NCBI GenBank assembly: GCA_964057225.1
Contig: CAXKVF010000076.1
Coordinates: 620,001 to 684,000 of the forward strand
DNA length: 64,000 nucleotides
From: Auanema rhodensis
Lineage: Eukaryota; Animalia; Nematoda
Direction: 5' to 3'
In this document: positions 12,001 to 26,398 of the stretch, piece by piece
Position numbering within the stretch: the first letter of the stretch is position 1
Layout: each line of letters opens with the position of its first letter
The notes under the pieces: model-generated
The model's input: the letters and a program-made list of their open reading frames with translations, nothing else
What the model was told of the DNA's origin: nothing
Databases searched by the model: none
Translations under genes and position numbers: made by a program

Positions 12001-15000
12001 CGTGAAGCGAGTTACATACCAAGTGCACATCACGTGCACATTTAATTAGCATAAATTAAAGTTCACGTAAATTTCAAAGTCATGGTTACCATGCACCAAT
12101 ATCAATAAAAATTTGTTTTTAGACTAATATGGACATGGGGAATCTAATTTTGAAAACCGCATCTCTTTATCTTTCACGTGAAGCGAGTTACATACCAAGT
12201 GCACATCACGTGCACATTTAATTAGCATAAATTAAAGTTCACGTAAATTTCAAAGTCATGGTTACCATGCACCAATATCAATAAAAATTTGTTTTTAGAC
12301 TAATATGGACATGGGGAATCTAATGTTGAAAACCGCATCTCTTTATCTTTCACGTGAAGCGAGTTACATACCAAGTGCACATCACGTGTACATTTAATTA
12401 GCATAAATTAAAGTTCACGTAAATTTCAAAGTCATGGTTACCATGAACCAATATCAATAAAAATTTGTTTTTAGACTAATATGTACATGGGGAATCTAAT
12501 TTTGAAAACCGCATCTCTTTATCTTTCACGTGAAGCGAGTTACATACCAAGTGCACATCACGTGTACAATTAATTAGCATAAATTAAAGTTCACGTAAAT
12601 TTCAAAGTCATGGTTACCATGAACCAATATCAATAAAAATTTGTTTTTAGACTAATATGGACATGGGGAATCTAATTTTGAAAACCGCATTTCTTTATCT
12701 TTCACGTGAAGCGAGTTACATACCAAGTGCACATCACGTGTACATTTAATTAGCATAAATTAAAGTTCACGTAAATTTCAAAGTCATGGTTACCATGAAC
12801 CAATATCAATAAAAATTTGTTTTTAGACTAATATGGACATGGGGAATCAAATTTTGAAAACCGCATCTCTTTATCTTTCACGTGAAGCGAGTTACATACC
12901 AAGTGCACATCACGTGTACATTTAATTAGCATAAATTAAAGTTCACGTAAATTTCAAAGTCATGGTTACCATGAACCAATATCAATAAAAATTTGTTTTT
13001 AGACTAATATGGACATGGGGAATCTAATTTTGAAAACCGCATCACTTTATCTTTCACGTGAAGCGAGTTACATACCAAGTGCACATCACGTGTACATTTA
13101 ATTAGCATAAATTAAAGTTCACGTAAATTTCAAAGTCATGGTTACCATGCACCAATATCAATAAAAATTTGTTTTTAGACTAATATGGACATGGGGAATC
13201 TAATGTTGAAAACCGCATCTTTTTATCTTTCACGTGAAGCGAGTTACATACCAAGTGCACATCACGTGTACATTTAATTAGCATAAATTAAAGTTCACGT
13301 AAATTTCAAAGTCATGGTTACCATGCACCAATATCAATAAAAATTTGTTTTTAGACTAATATGGACATGGGGAATCTAATTTTGAAAACCGCATCTCTTT
13401 ATCTTCCACGTGAAGCGAGTTACATACCAAGTGCACATCACGTGCACATTTAATTAGCATAAATTAAAGTTCACGTAAATTTCAAAGTCATGGTTACCAT
13501 GCACCAATATCAATAAAAATTTGTTTTTAGACTAATATGGACATGGGGAATCTAATGTTGAAAACCGCATCTCTTTATCTTTCACGTGAAGCGAGTTACA
13601 TACCAAGTGCACATCACGTGTACATTTAATTAGCATAAATTAAAGTTCACGTAAATTTCAAAGTCATGGTTACCATGAACCAATATCAATAAAAATTTGT
13701 TTTTAGACTAATATGGACATGGGGAATCAAATTTTGAAAACCGCATCTCTTTATCTTTCACGTGAAGCGAGTTACATACCAAGTGCACATCACGTGTACA
13801 TTTAATTAGCATAAATTAAAGTTCACGTAAATTTCAAAGTCATGGTTACCATGAACCAATATCAATAAAAATTTGTTTTTAGACTAATATGGACATGGGG
13901 AATCTAATTTTGAAAACCGCATCACTTTATCTTTCACGTGAAGCGAGTTACATACCAAGTGCACATCACGTGTACATTTAATTAGCATAAATTAAAGTTC
14001 ACGTAAATTTCAAAGTCATGGTTACCATGCACCAATATCAATAAAAATTTGTTTTTAGACTAATATGGACATGGGGAATCTAATGTTGAAAACCGCATCT
14101 TTTTATCTTTCACGTGAAGCGAGTTACATACCAAGTGCACATCACGTGTACATTTAATTAGCATAAATTAAAGTTCACGTAAATTTCAAAGTCATGGTTA
14201 CCATGAACCAATATCAATAAAAATTTGTTTTTAGACTAATATGGACATGGGGAATCTAATTTTGAAAACCGCATCTCTTTATCTTCCACGTGAAGCGAGT
14301 TACATACCAAGTGCACATCACGTGTACATTTAATTAGCATAAATTAAAGTTCACGTAAATTTCAAAGTCATGGTTACCATGAACCAATATCAATAAAAAT
14401 TTGTTTTTAGCCTAATATGGACATGGGGAATCAAATTTTGAAAACCGCATCTCTTTATCTTTCACGTGAAGCGAGTTACATACCAAGTGCACATCACGTG
14501 TACATTTAATTAGCATAAATTAAAGTTCACGTAAATTTCAAAGTCATGGTTACCATGAACCAATATCAATAAAAATCTGTTTTTAGACTAATATGGACAT
14601 GGGGAATCTGATTTTGAAAACCGCATAACTTTATCTTTCACGTGAAGCGAGTTACATACCAAGTGCACATCACGTGTACATTTAATTAGCATAAATTAAA
14701 GTTCACGTAAATTTCAAAGTCATGGTTACCATGCACCAATATCAATAAAAATTTGTTTTTAGACTAATATGGACATGGGGAATCTAATTTTGAAAACCGC
14801 ATCTCTTTATCTTTCACGTGAAGCGAGTTACATACCAAGTGCACATCACGTGTACATTTAATTAGCATAAATTAAAGTTCACGTAAATTTCAAAGTCATG
14901 GTTACCATGCACCAATATCAATAAAAATTTGTTTTTAGACTAATATGGACATGGGGAATCTAATTTTGAAAACCGCATCTCTTTATCTTCCACGTGAAGC

Positions 15001-18000
15001 GAGTTACATACCAAGTGCACATCACGTGTACATTTAATTAGCATAAATTAAAGTTCACGTAAATTTCAAAGTCATGGTTACCATGAACCAATATCAATAA
15101 AAATTTGTTTTTAGACTAATATGTACATGGGGAATCTAATTTTGAAAACCGCATCTCTTTATCTTTCACGTGAAGCGAGTTACATACCAAGTGCACATCA
15201 CGTGTACATTTAATTAGCATAAATTAAAGTTCACGTAAATTTCAAAGTCATGGTTACCATGCACCAATATCAATAAAAATTTGTTTTTAGACTAATATGG
15301 ACATGGGGAATCTAATGTTGAAAACCGCATCTTTTTATCTTTCACGTGAAGCGAGTTACATACCAAGTGCACATCACGTGTACATTTAATTAGCATAAAT
15401 TAAAGTTCACGTAAATTTCAAAGTCATGGTTACCATGCACCAATATCAATAAAAATTTGTTTTTAGACTAATATGGACATGGGGAATCTAATGTTGAAAA
15501 CCGCATCTCTTTATCTTCCACGTGAAGCGAGTTACATACCAAGTGCACATCACGTGTACATTTAATTAGCATAAATTAAAGTTCACGTAAATTTCAAAGT
15601 CATGGTTACCATGAACCAATATCAATAAAAATTTGTTTTTAGACTAATATGTACATGGGGAATCTAATTTTGAAAACCGCATCTCTTTATCTTTCACGTG
15701 AAGCGAGTTACATACCAAGTGCACATCACGTGTACATTTAATTAGCATAAATTAAAGTTCACGTAAATTTCAAAGTCATGGTTACCATGCACCAATATCA
15801 ATAAAAATTTGTTTTTAGACTAATATGGACATGGGGAATCTAATGTTGAAAACCGCATCTTTTTATCTTTCACGTGAAGCGAGTTACATACCAAGTGCAC
15901 ATCACGTGTACATTTAATTAGCATAAATTAAAGTTCACGTAAATTTCAAAGTCATGGTTACCATGCACCAATATCAATAAAAATTTGTTTTTAGACTAAT
16001 ATGGACATGGGGAATCTAATGTTGAAAACCGCATCTCTTTATCTTCCACGTGAAGCGAGTTACATACCAAGTGCACATCACGTGTACATTTAATTAGCAT
16101 AAATTAAAGTTCACGTAAATTTCAAAGTCATGGTTACCATGAACCAATATCAATAAAAATTTGTTTTTAGACTAATATGGACATGGGGAATCTAATTTTG
16201 AAAACCGCATCTCTTTATCTTCCACGTGAAGCGAGTTACATACCGAGTGCACATCACATGTACATTTAATTAGCATAAATTAAAGTTCACGTAAATTTCA
16301 AAGTCATGGTTACCATGAACCAATATCAATAAAAATTTGTTTTTAGACTAATATGGACATGGGGAATCAAATTTTGAAAACCGCATCTCTTTATCTTTCA
16401 CGTGAAGCGAGTTACATACCAAGTGCACATCACGTGTACATTTAATTAGCATAAATTAAAGTTCACGTAAATTTCAAAGTCATGGTTACCATGAACCAAT
16501 ATCAATAAAAATTTGTTTTTAGACTAATATGGACATGGGGAATCTAATGTTGAAAACCGCATCACTTTATCTTTCACGTGAAGCGAGTTACATACCAAGT
16601 GCACATCACGTGTACATTTAATTAGCATAAATTAAAGTTCACGTAAATTTCAAAGTCATGGTTACCATGAACCAATATCAATAAAAATTTGTTTTTAGAC
16701 TAATATGGACATGGGGAATCTAATGTTGAAAACCGCATCTTTTTATCTTTCACGTGAAGCGAGTTACATACCAAGTGCACATCACGTGTACATTTAATTA
16801 GCATAAATTAAAGTTCACGTAAATTTCAAAGTCATGGTTACCATGCACCAATATCAATAAAAATTTGTTTTTAGACTAATATGGACATGGGGAATCTAAT
16901 GTTGAAAACCGCATCTTTTTATCTTTCACGTGAAGCGAGGTACATACCAAGTGCACATCACGTGTACATTTAATTAGCATAAATTAAAGTTCACGTAAAT
17001 TTCAAAGTCATGGTTACCATGCACCAATATCAATAAAAATTTGTTTTTAGACTAATATGGACATGGGGAATCTAATTTTGAAAACCGCATCTCTTTATCT
17101 TCCACGTGAAGCGAGTTACATACCAAGTGCACATCACGTGTACATTTAATTAGCATAAATTAAAGTTCACGTAAATTTCAAAGTCATGGTTACCATGAAC
17201 CAATATCAATAAAAATTTGTTTTTAGACTAATATGTACATGGGGAATCTAATTTTGAAAACCGCATCTCTTTATCTTTCACGTGAAGCGAGTTACATACC
17301 AAGTGCACATCACGTGTACATTTAATTAGCATAAATTAAAGTTCACGTAAATTTCAAAGTCATGGTTACCATGCACCAATATCAATAAAAATTTGTTTTT
17401 AGACTAATATGGACATGGGGAATCTAATTTTGAAAACCGCATCTCTTTATCTTTCACGTGAAGCGAGTTACATACCAAGTGCACATCACGTGTACATTTA
17501 ATTAGCATAAATTAAAGTTCACGTAAATTTCAAAGTCATGGTTACCATGCACCAATATCAATAAAAATTTGTTTTTAGACTAATATGGACATGGGGAATC
17601 TAATTTTGAAAACCGCATCTCTTTATCTTCCACGTGAAGCGAGTTACATACCAAGTGCACATCACGTGTACATTTAATTAGCATAAATTAAAGTTCACGT
17701 AAATTTCAAAGTCATGGTTACCATGAACCAATATCAATAAAAATTTGTTTTTAGACTAATATGGACATGGGGAATCTAATGTTGAAAACCGCATCTTTTT
17801 ATCTTTCACGTGAAGCGAGTTACATACCAAGTGCACATCACGTGTACATTTAATTAGCATAAATTAAAGTTCACGTAAATTTCAAAGTCATGGTTACCAT
17901 GCACCAATATCAATAAAAATTTGTTTTTAGACTAATATGGACATGGGGAATCTAATTTTGAAAACCGCATCTCTTTATCTTCCACGTGAAGCGAGTTACA

Positions 18001-21000
18001 TACCAAGTGCACATCACGTGTACATTTAATTAGCATAAATTAAAGTTCACGTAAATTTCAAAGTCATGGTTACCATGAACCAATATCAATAAAAATTTGT
18101 TTTTAGACTAATATGGACATGGGGAATCTAATTTTGAAAACCGCATCTCTTTATCTTCCACGTGAAGCGAGTTACATACCGAGTGCACATCACATGTACA
18201 TTTAATTAGCATAAATTAAAGTTCACGTAAATTTCAAAGTCATGGTTACCATGAACCAATATCAATAAAAATTTGTTTTTAGACTAATATGGACATGGGG
18301 AATCAAATTTTGAAAACCGCATCTCTTTATCTTTCACGTGAAGCGAGTTACATACCAAGTGCACATCACGTGTACATTTAATTAGCATAAATTAAAGTTC
18401 ACGTAAATTTCAAAGTCATGGTTACCATGAACCAATATCAATAAAAATTTGTTTTTAGACTAATATGGACATGGGGAATCAAATTTTAAAAACCGCATCT
18501 CTTTATCTTTCACGTGAAGCGAGTTACATACCAAGTGCACATCACGTGTACATTTAATTAGCATAAATTAAAGTTCACGTAAATTTCAAAGTCATGGTTA
18601 CCATGCACCAATATCAATAAAAATTTGTTTTTAGACTAATATGGACATGGGGAATCTAATTTTGAAAACCGCATCACTTTATCTTTCACGTGAAGCGAGT
18701 TACATACCAAGTGCACATCACGTGTACATTTAATTAGCATAAATTAAAGTTCACGTAAATTTCAAAGTCATGGTTACCATGCACCAATATCAATAAAAAT
18801 TTGTTTTTAGACTAATATGGACATGGGGAATCTAATGTTGAAAACCGCATCTTTTTATCTTTCACGTGAAGCGAGGTACATACCAAGTGCACATCACGTG
18901 TACATTTAATTAGCATAAATTAAAGTTCACGTAAATTTCAAAGTCATGGTTACCATGCACCAGTATCAATAAAAATTTGTTTTTAGACTAATATGGACAT
19001 GGGGAATCTAATTTTGAAAACCGCATCTCTTTATCTTCCACGTGAAGCGAGTTACATACCAAGTGCACATCACGTGTACATTTAATTAGCATAAATTAAA
19101 GTTCACGTAAATTTCAAAGTCATGGTTACCATGAACCAATATCAATAAAAATTTGTTTTTAGACTAATATGTACATGGGGAATCTAATTTTGAAAACCGC
19201 ATCTCTTTATCTTTCACATGAAGCGAGTTACATACCAAGTGCACATCACGTGTACATTTAATTAGCATAAATTAAAGTTCACGTAAATTTCAAAGTCATG
19301 GTTACCATGCACCAATATCAATAAAAATTTGTTTTTAGACTAATATGGACATGGGGAATCTAATGTTGAAAACCGCATCTTTTTATCTTTCACGTGAAGC
19401 GAGTTACATACCAAGTGCACATCACGTGTACATTTAATTAGCATAAATTAAAGTTCACGTAAATTTCAAAGTCATGGTTACCATGCACCAATATCAATAA
19501 AAATTTGTTTTTAGACTAATATGGACATGGGGAATCTAATTTTGAAAACCGCATCTCTTTATCTTCCACGTGAAGCGAGTTACATACCAAGTGCACATCA
19601 CGTGTACATTTAATTAGCATAAATTAAAGTTCACGTAAATTTCAAAGTCATGGTTACCATGAACCAATATCAATAAAAATTTGTTTTTAGACTAATATGG
19701 ACATGGGGAATCTAATTTTGAAAACCGCATCTCTTTATCTTCCACGTGAAGCGAGTTACATACCGAGTGCACATCACGTGTACATTTAATTAGCATAAAT
19801 TAAAGTTCACGTAAATTTCAAAGTCATGGTTACCATGAACCAATATCAATAAAAATTTGTTTTTAGACTAATATGGACATGGGGAATCAAATTTTGAAAA
19901 CCGCATCTCTTTATCTTTCACGTGAAGCGAGTTACATACCAAGTGCACATCACGTGTACATTTAATTAGCATAAATTAAAGTTCACGTAAATTTCAAAGT
20001 CATGGTTACCATGAACCAATATCAATAAAAATTTGTTTTTAGACTAATATGGACATGGGGAATCTAATGTTGAAAACCGCATCACTTTATCTTTCACGTG
20101 AAGCGAGTTACATACCAAGTGCACATCACGTGTACATTTAATTAGCATAAATTAAAGTTCACGTAAATTTCAAAGTCATGGTTACCATGAACCAATATCA
20201 ATAAAAATTTGTTTTTAGACTAATATGGACATGGGGAATCAAATTTTAAAAACCGCATCTCTTTATCTTTCACGTGAAGCGAGTTACATACCAAGTGCAC
20301 ATCACGTGTACATTTAATTAGCATAAATTAAAGTTCACGTAAATTTCAAAGTCATGGTTACCATGCACCAATATCAATAAAAATTTGTTTTTAGACTAAT
20401 ATGGACATGGGGAATCTAATTTTGAAAACCGCATCACTTTATCTTTCACGTGAAGCGAGTTACATACCAAGTGCACATCACGTGTACATTTAATTAGCAT
20501 AAATTAAAGTTCACGTAAATTTCAAAGTCATGGTTACCATGCACCAATATCAATAAAAATTTGTTTTTAGACTAATATGGACATGGGGAATCTAATGTTG
20601 AAAACCGCATCTTTTTATCTTTCACGTGAAGCGAGGTACATACCAAGTGCACATCACGTGTACATTTAATTAGCATAAATTAAAGTTCACGTAAATTTCA
20701 AAGTCATGGTTACCATGCACCAATATCAATAAAAATTTGTTTTTAGACTAATATGGACATGGGGAATCTAATTTTGAAAACCGCATCTCTTTATCTTCCA
20801 CGTGAAGCGAGTTACATACCAAGTGCACATCACGTGTACATTTAATTAGCATAAATTAAAGTTCACGTAAATTTCAAAGTCATGGTTACCATGAACCAAT
20901 ATCAATAAAAATTTGTTTTTAGACTAATATGGACATGGGGAATCTAATTTTGAAAACCGCATCTCTTTATCTTCCACGTGAAGCGAGTTACATACCAAGT

Positions 21001-24000
21001 GCACATCACGTGTACATTTAATTAGCATAAATTAAAGTTCACGTAAATTTCAAAGTCATGGTTACCATGAACCAATATCAATAAAAATTTGTTTTTAGAC
21101 TAATATGGACATGGGGAATCAAATTTTGAAAACCGCATCTCTTTATCTTTCACGTGAAGCGAGTTACATACCAAGTGCACATCACGTGTACATTTAATTA
21201 GCATAAATTAAAGTTCACGTAAATTTCAAAGTCATGGTTACCATGAACCAATATCAATAAAAATCTGTTTTTAGACTAATATGGACATGGGGAATCTAAT
21301 TTTGAAAACCGCATCACTTTATCTTTCACGTGAAGCGAGTTACATACCAAGTGCACATCACGTGTACATTTAATTAGCATGAATTAAAGTTCACGTAAAT
21401 TTCAAAGTCATGGTTACCATGCACCAATATCAATAAAAATTTGTTTTTAGACTAATATGGACATGGGGAATCTAATTTTGAAAACCGCATCTCTTTATCT
21501 TTCACGTGAAGCGAGTTACATACCAAGTGCACATCACGTGTACATTTAATTAGCATAAATTAAAGTTCACGTAAATTTCAAAGTCATGGTTACCATGCAC
21601 CAATATCAATAAAAATTTGTTTTTAGACTAATATGGACATGGGGAATCTAATTTTGAAAACCGCATCTCTTTATCTTCCACGTGAAGCGAGTTACATACC
21701 AAGTGCACATCACGTGTACATTTAATTAGCATAAATTAAAGTTCACGTAAATTTCAAAGTCATGGTTACCATGAACCAATATCAATAAAAATTTGTTTTT
21801 AGACTAATATGTACATGGGGAATCTAATTTTGAAAACCGCATCTCTTTATCTTTCACGTGAAGCGAGTTACATACCAAGTGCACATCACGTGTACATTTA
21901 ATTAGCATAAATTAAAGTTCACGTAAATTTCAAAGTCATGGTTACCATGCACCAATATCAATAAAAATTTGTTTTTAGACTAATATGGACATGGGGAATC
22001 TAATGTTGAAAACCGCATCTTTTTATCTTTCACGTGAAGCGAGTTACATACCAAGTGCACATCACGTGTACATTTAATTAGCATAAATTAAAGTTCACGT
22101 AAATTTCAAAGTCATGGTTACCATGCACCAATATCAATAAAAATTTGTTTTTAGACTAATATGGACATGGGGAATCTAATTTTGAAAACCGCATCTCTTT
22201 ATCTTTCACGTGAAGCGAGTTACATACCAAGTGCACATCACGTGTACATTTAATTAGCATAAATTAAAGTTCACGTAAATTTCAAAGTCATGGTTACCAT
22301 GCACCAATATCAATAAAAATTTGTTTTTAGACTAATATGGACATGGGGAATCTAATTTTGAAAACCGCATCTCTTTATCTTCCACGTGAAGCGAGTTACA
22401 TACCAAGTGCACATCACGTGTACATTTAATTAGCATAAATTAAAGTTCACGTAAATTTCAAAGTCATGGTTACCATGAACCAATATCAATAAAAATTTGT
22501 TTTTAGACTAATATGGACATGGGGAATCAAATTTTGAAAACCGCATCTCTTTATCTTTCACGTGAAGCGAGTTACATACCAAGTGCACATCACGTGTACA
22601 TTTAATTAGCATAAATTAAAGTTCACGTAAATTTCAAAGTCATGGTTACCATGCACCAATATCAATAAAAATTTGTTTTTAGACTAATATGGACATGGGG
22701 AATCTAATTTTGAAAACCGCATCACTTTATCTTTCACGTGAAGCGAGTTACATACCAAGTGCACATCACGTGTACATTTAATTAGCATAAATTAAAGTTC
22801 ACGTAAATTTCAAAGTCATGGTTACCATGCACCAATATCAATAAAAATTTGTTTTTAGACTAATATGGACATGGGGAATCTAATGTTGAAAACCGCATCT
22901 TTTTATCTTTCACGTGAAGCGAGGTACATACCAAGTGCACATCACGTGTACATTTAATTAGCATAAATTAAAGTTCACGTAAATTTCAAAGTCATGGTTA
23001 CCATGAACCAATATCAATAAAAATTTGTTTTTAGACTAATATGGACATGGGGAATCAAATTTTGAAAACCGCATCTCTTTATCTTTCACGTGAAGCGAGT
23101 TACATACCAAGTGCACATCACGTGTACATTTAATTAGCATAAATTAAAGTTCACGTAAATTTCAAAGTCATGGTTACCATGAACCAATATCAATAAAAAT
23201 TTGTTTTTAGACTAATATGGACATGGGGAATCTAATTTTGAAAACCGCATCACTTTATCTTTCACGTGAAACGAGTTACATACCAAGTGCACATCACGTG
23301 TACATTTAATTAGCATAAATTAAAGTTCACGTAAATTTCAAAGTCATGGTTACCATGAACCAATATCAATAAAAATTTGTTTTTAGACTAATATGGACAT
23401 GGGGAATCAAATTTTGAAAACCGCATCTCTTTATCTTTCACGTGAAGCGAGTTACATACCAAGTGCACATCACGTGTACATTTAATTAGCATAAATTAAA
23501 GTTCACGTAAATTTCAAAGTCATGGTTACCATGCACCAATATCAATAAAAATTTGTTTTTAGACTAATATGGACATGGGGAATCTAATTTTGAAAACCGC
23601 ATCACTTTATCTTTCACGTGAAGCGAGTTACATACCAAGTGCACATCACGTGTACATTTAATTAGCATAAATTAAAGTTCACGTAAATTTCAAAGTCATG
23701 GTTACCATGCACCAATATCAATAAAAATTTGTTTTTAGACTAATATGGACATGGGGAATCTAATGTTGAAAACCGCATCTTTTTATCTTTCACGTGAAGC
23801 GAGGTACATACCAAGTGCACATCACGTGTACATTTAATTAGCATAAATTAAAGTTCACGTAAATTTCAAAGTCATGGTTACCATGCACCAATATCAATAA
23901 AAATTTGTTTTTAGACTAATATGGACATGGGGAATCTAATGTTGAAAACCGCATCTCTTTATCTTCCACGTGAAGCGAGTTACATACCAAGTGCACATCA

Positions 24001-26224
24001 CGTGTACATTTAATTAGCATAAATTAAAGTTCACGTAAATTTCAAAGTCATGGTTACCATGAACCAATATCAATAAAAATTTGTTTTTAGACTAATATGG
24101 ACATGGGGAATCTAATTTTGAAAACCGCATCTCTTTATCTTCCACGTGAAGCGAGTTACATACCAAGTGCACATCACGTGTACATTTAATTAGCATAAAT
24201 TAAAGTTCACGTAAATTTCAAAGTCATGGTTACCATGAACCAATATCAATAAAAATTTGTTTTTAGACTAATATGGACATGGGGAATCAAATTTTGAAAA
24301 CCGCATCTCTTTATCTTTCACGTGAAGCGAGTTACATACCAAGTGCACATCACGTGTACATTTAATTAGCATAAATTAAAGTTCACGTAAATTTCAAAGT
24401 CATGGTTACCATGAACCAATATCAATAAAAATCTGTTTTTAGACTAATATGGACATGGGGAATCTAATTTTGAAAACCGCATCACTTTATCTTTCACGTG
24501 AAGCGAGTTACATACCAAGTGCACATCACGTGTACATTTAATTAGCATAAATTAAAGTTCACGTAAATTTCAAAGTCATGGTTACCATGCACCAATATCA
24601 ATAAAAATTTGTTTTTAGACTAATATGGACATGGGGAATCTAATTTTGAAAACCGCATCTCTTTATCTTTCACGTGAAGCGAGTTACATACCAAGTGCAC
24701 ATCACGTGTACATTTAATTAGCATAAATTAATGTTCACGTAAATTTCAAAGTCATGGTTACCATGCACCAATATCAATAAAAATTTGTTTTTAGACTAAT
24801 ATGGACATGGGAAATCTAATTTTGAAAACCGCATCACTTTATCTTCCACGTGAAGCGAGTTACATACCAAGTGCACATCACGTGTACATTTAATTAGCAT
24901 AAATTAAAGTTCACGTAAATTTCAAAGTCATGGTTACCATGAACCAATATCAATAAAAATTTGTTTTTAGACTAATATGGACATGGGGAATCTAATTTTG
25001 AAAACCGCATCTCTTTATCTTCCACGTGAAGCGAGTTACATACCAAGTGCACATCACGTGTACATTTAATTAGCATAAATTAAAGTTCACGTAAATTTCA
25101 AAGTCATGGTTACCATGAACCAATATCAATAAAAATTTGTTTTTAGACTAATATGGACATGGGGAATCTAATTTTGAAAACCGCATCTCTTTATCTTTCA
25201 CGTGAAGCGAGTTACATACCAAGTGCACATCACGTGTACATTTAATTAGCATAAATTAAAGTTCACGTAAATTTCAAAGTCATGGTTACCATGCACCAAT
25301 ATCAATAAAAATTTGTTTTTAGACTAATATGGACATGGGGAATCTAATTTTGAAAACCGCATCTCTTTATCTTCCACGTGAAGCGAGTTACATACCAAGT
25401 GCACATCACGTGTACATTTAATTAGCATAAATTAAAGTTCACGTAAATTTCAAAGTCATGGTTACCATGAACCAATATCAATAAAAATTTGTTTTTAGAC
25501 TAATATGGACATGGGGAATCTAATTTTGAAAACCGCATCTCTTTATCTTCCACGTGAAGCGAGTTACATACCGAGTGCACATCACATGTACATTTAATTA
25601 GCATAAATTAAAGTTCACGTAAATTTCAAAGTCATGGTTACCATGAACCAATATCAATAAAAATTTGTTTTTAGACTAATATGGACATGGGGAATCTAAT
25701 TTTGAAAACCGCATCTCTTTATCTTCCACGTGAAGCGAGTTACATACCGAGTGCACATCACATGTACATTTAATTAGCATAAATTAAAGTTCACGTAAAT
25801 TTCAAAGTCATGGTTACCATGCACCAATATCAATAAAAATTTGTTTTTAGACTAATATGGACATGGGGAATCTAATGTTGAAAACCGCATCTTTTTATCT
25901 TTCACGTGAAGCGAGTTACATACCAAGTGCACATCACGTGTACATTTAATTAGCATAAATTAAAGTTCACGTAAATTTCAAAGTCATGGTTACCATGCAC
26001 CAATATCAATAAAAATTTGTTTTTAGACTAATATGGACATGGGGAATCTAATTTTGAAAACCGCATCTCTTTATCTTCCACGTGAAGCGAGTTACATACC
26101 AAGTGCACATCACGTGTACATTTAATTAGCATAAATTAAAGTTCACGTAAATTTCAAAGTCATGGTTACCATGAACCAATATCAATAAAAATTTGTTTTT
26201 AGACTAATATGGACATGGGGAATC

Positions 26225-26398
26225 TAATTTTGAAAACCGCATCTCTTTATCTTCCACGTGAAGCGAGTTACATACCGAGTGCACATCACATGTACATTTA
26301 ATTAGCATAAATTAAAGTTCATAAATTTCAAAGTCATGGTTACCATGAACCAATATCAATAAAAATTTGTTTTTAGACTAATATGGACATGGGGAATC
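26225..26398. repeat. 174-bp monomer (2-bp CG deletion)
   Basis: GTTCATAAATTTC instead of GTTCACGTAAATTTC at 26321/26322; the downstream phase shifts by -2. Confidence 0.9.
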
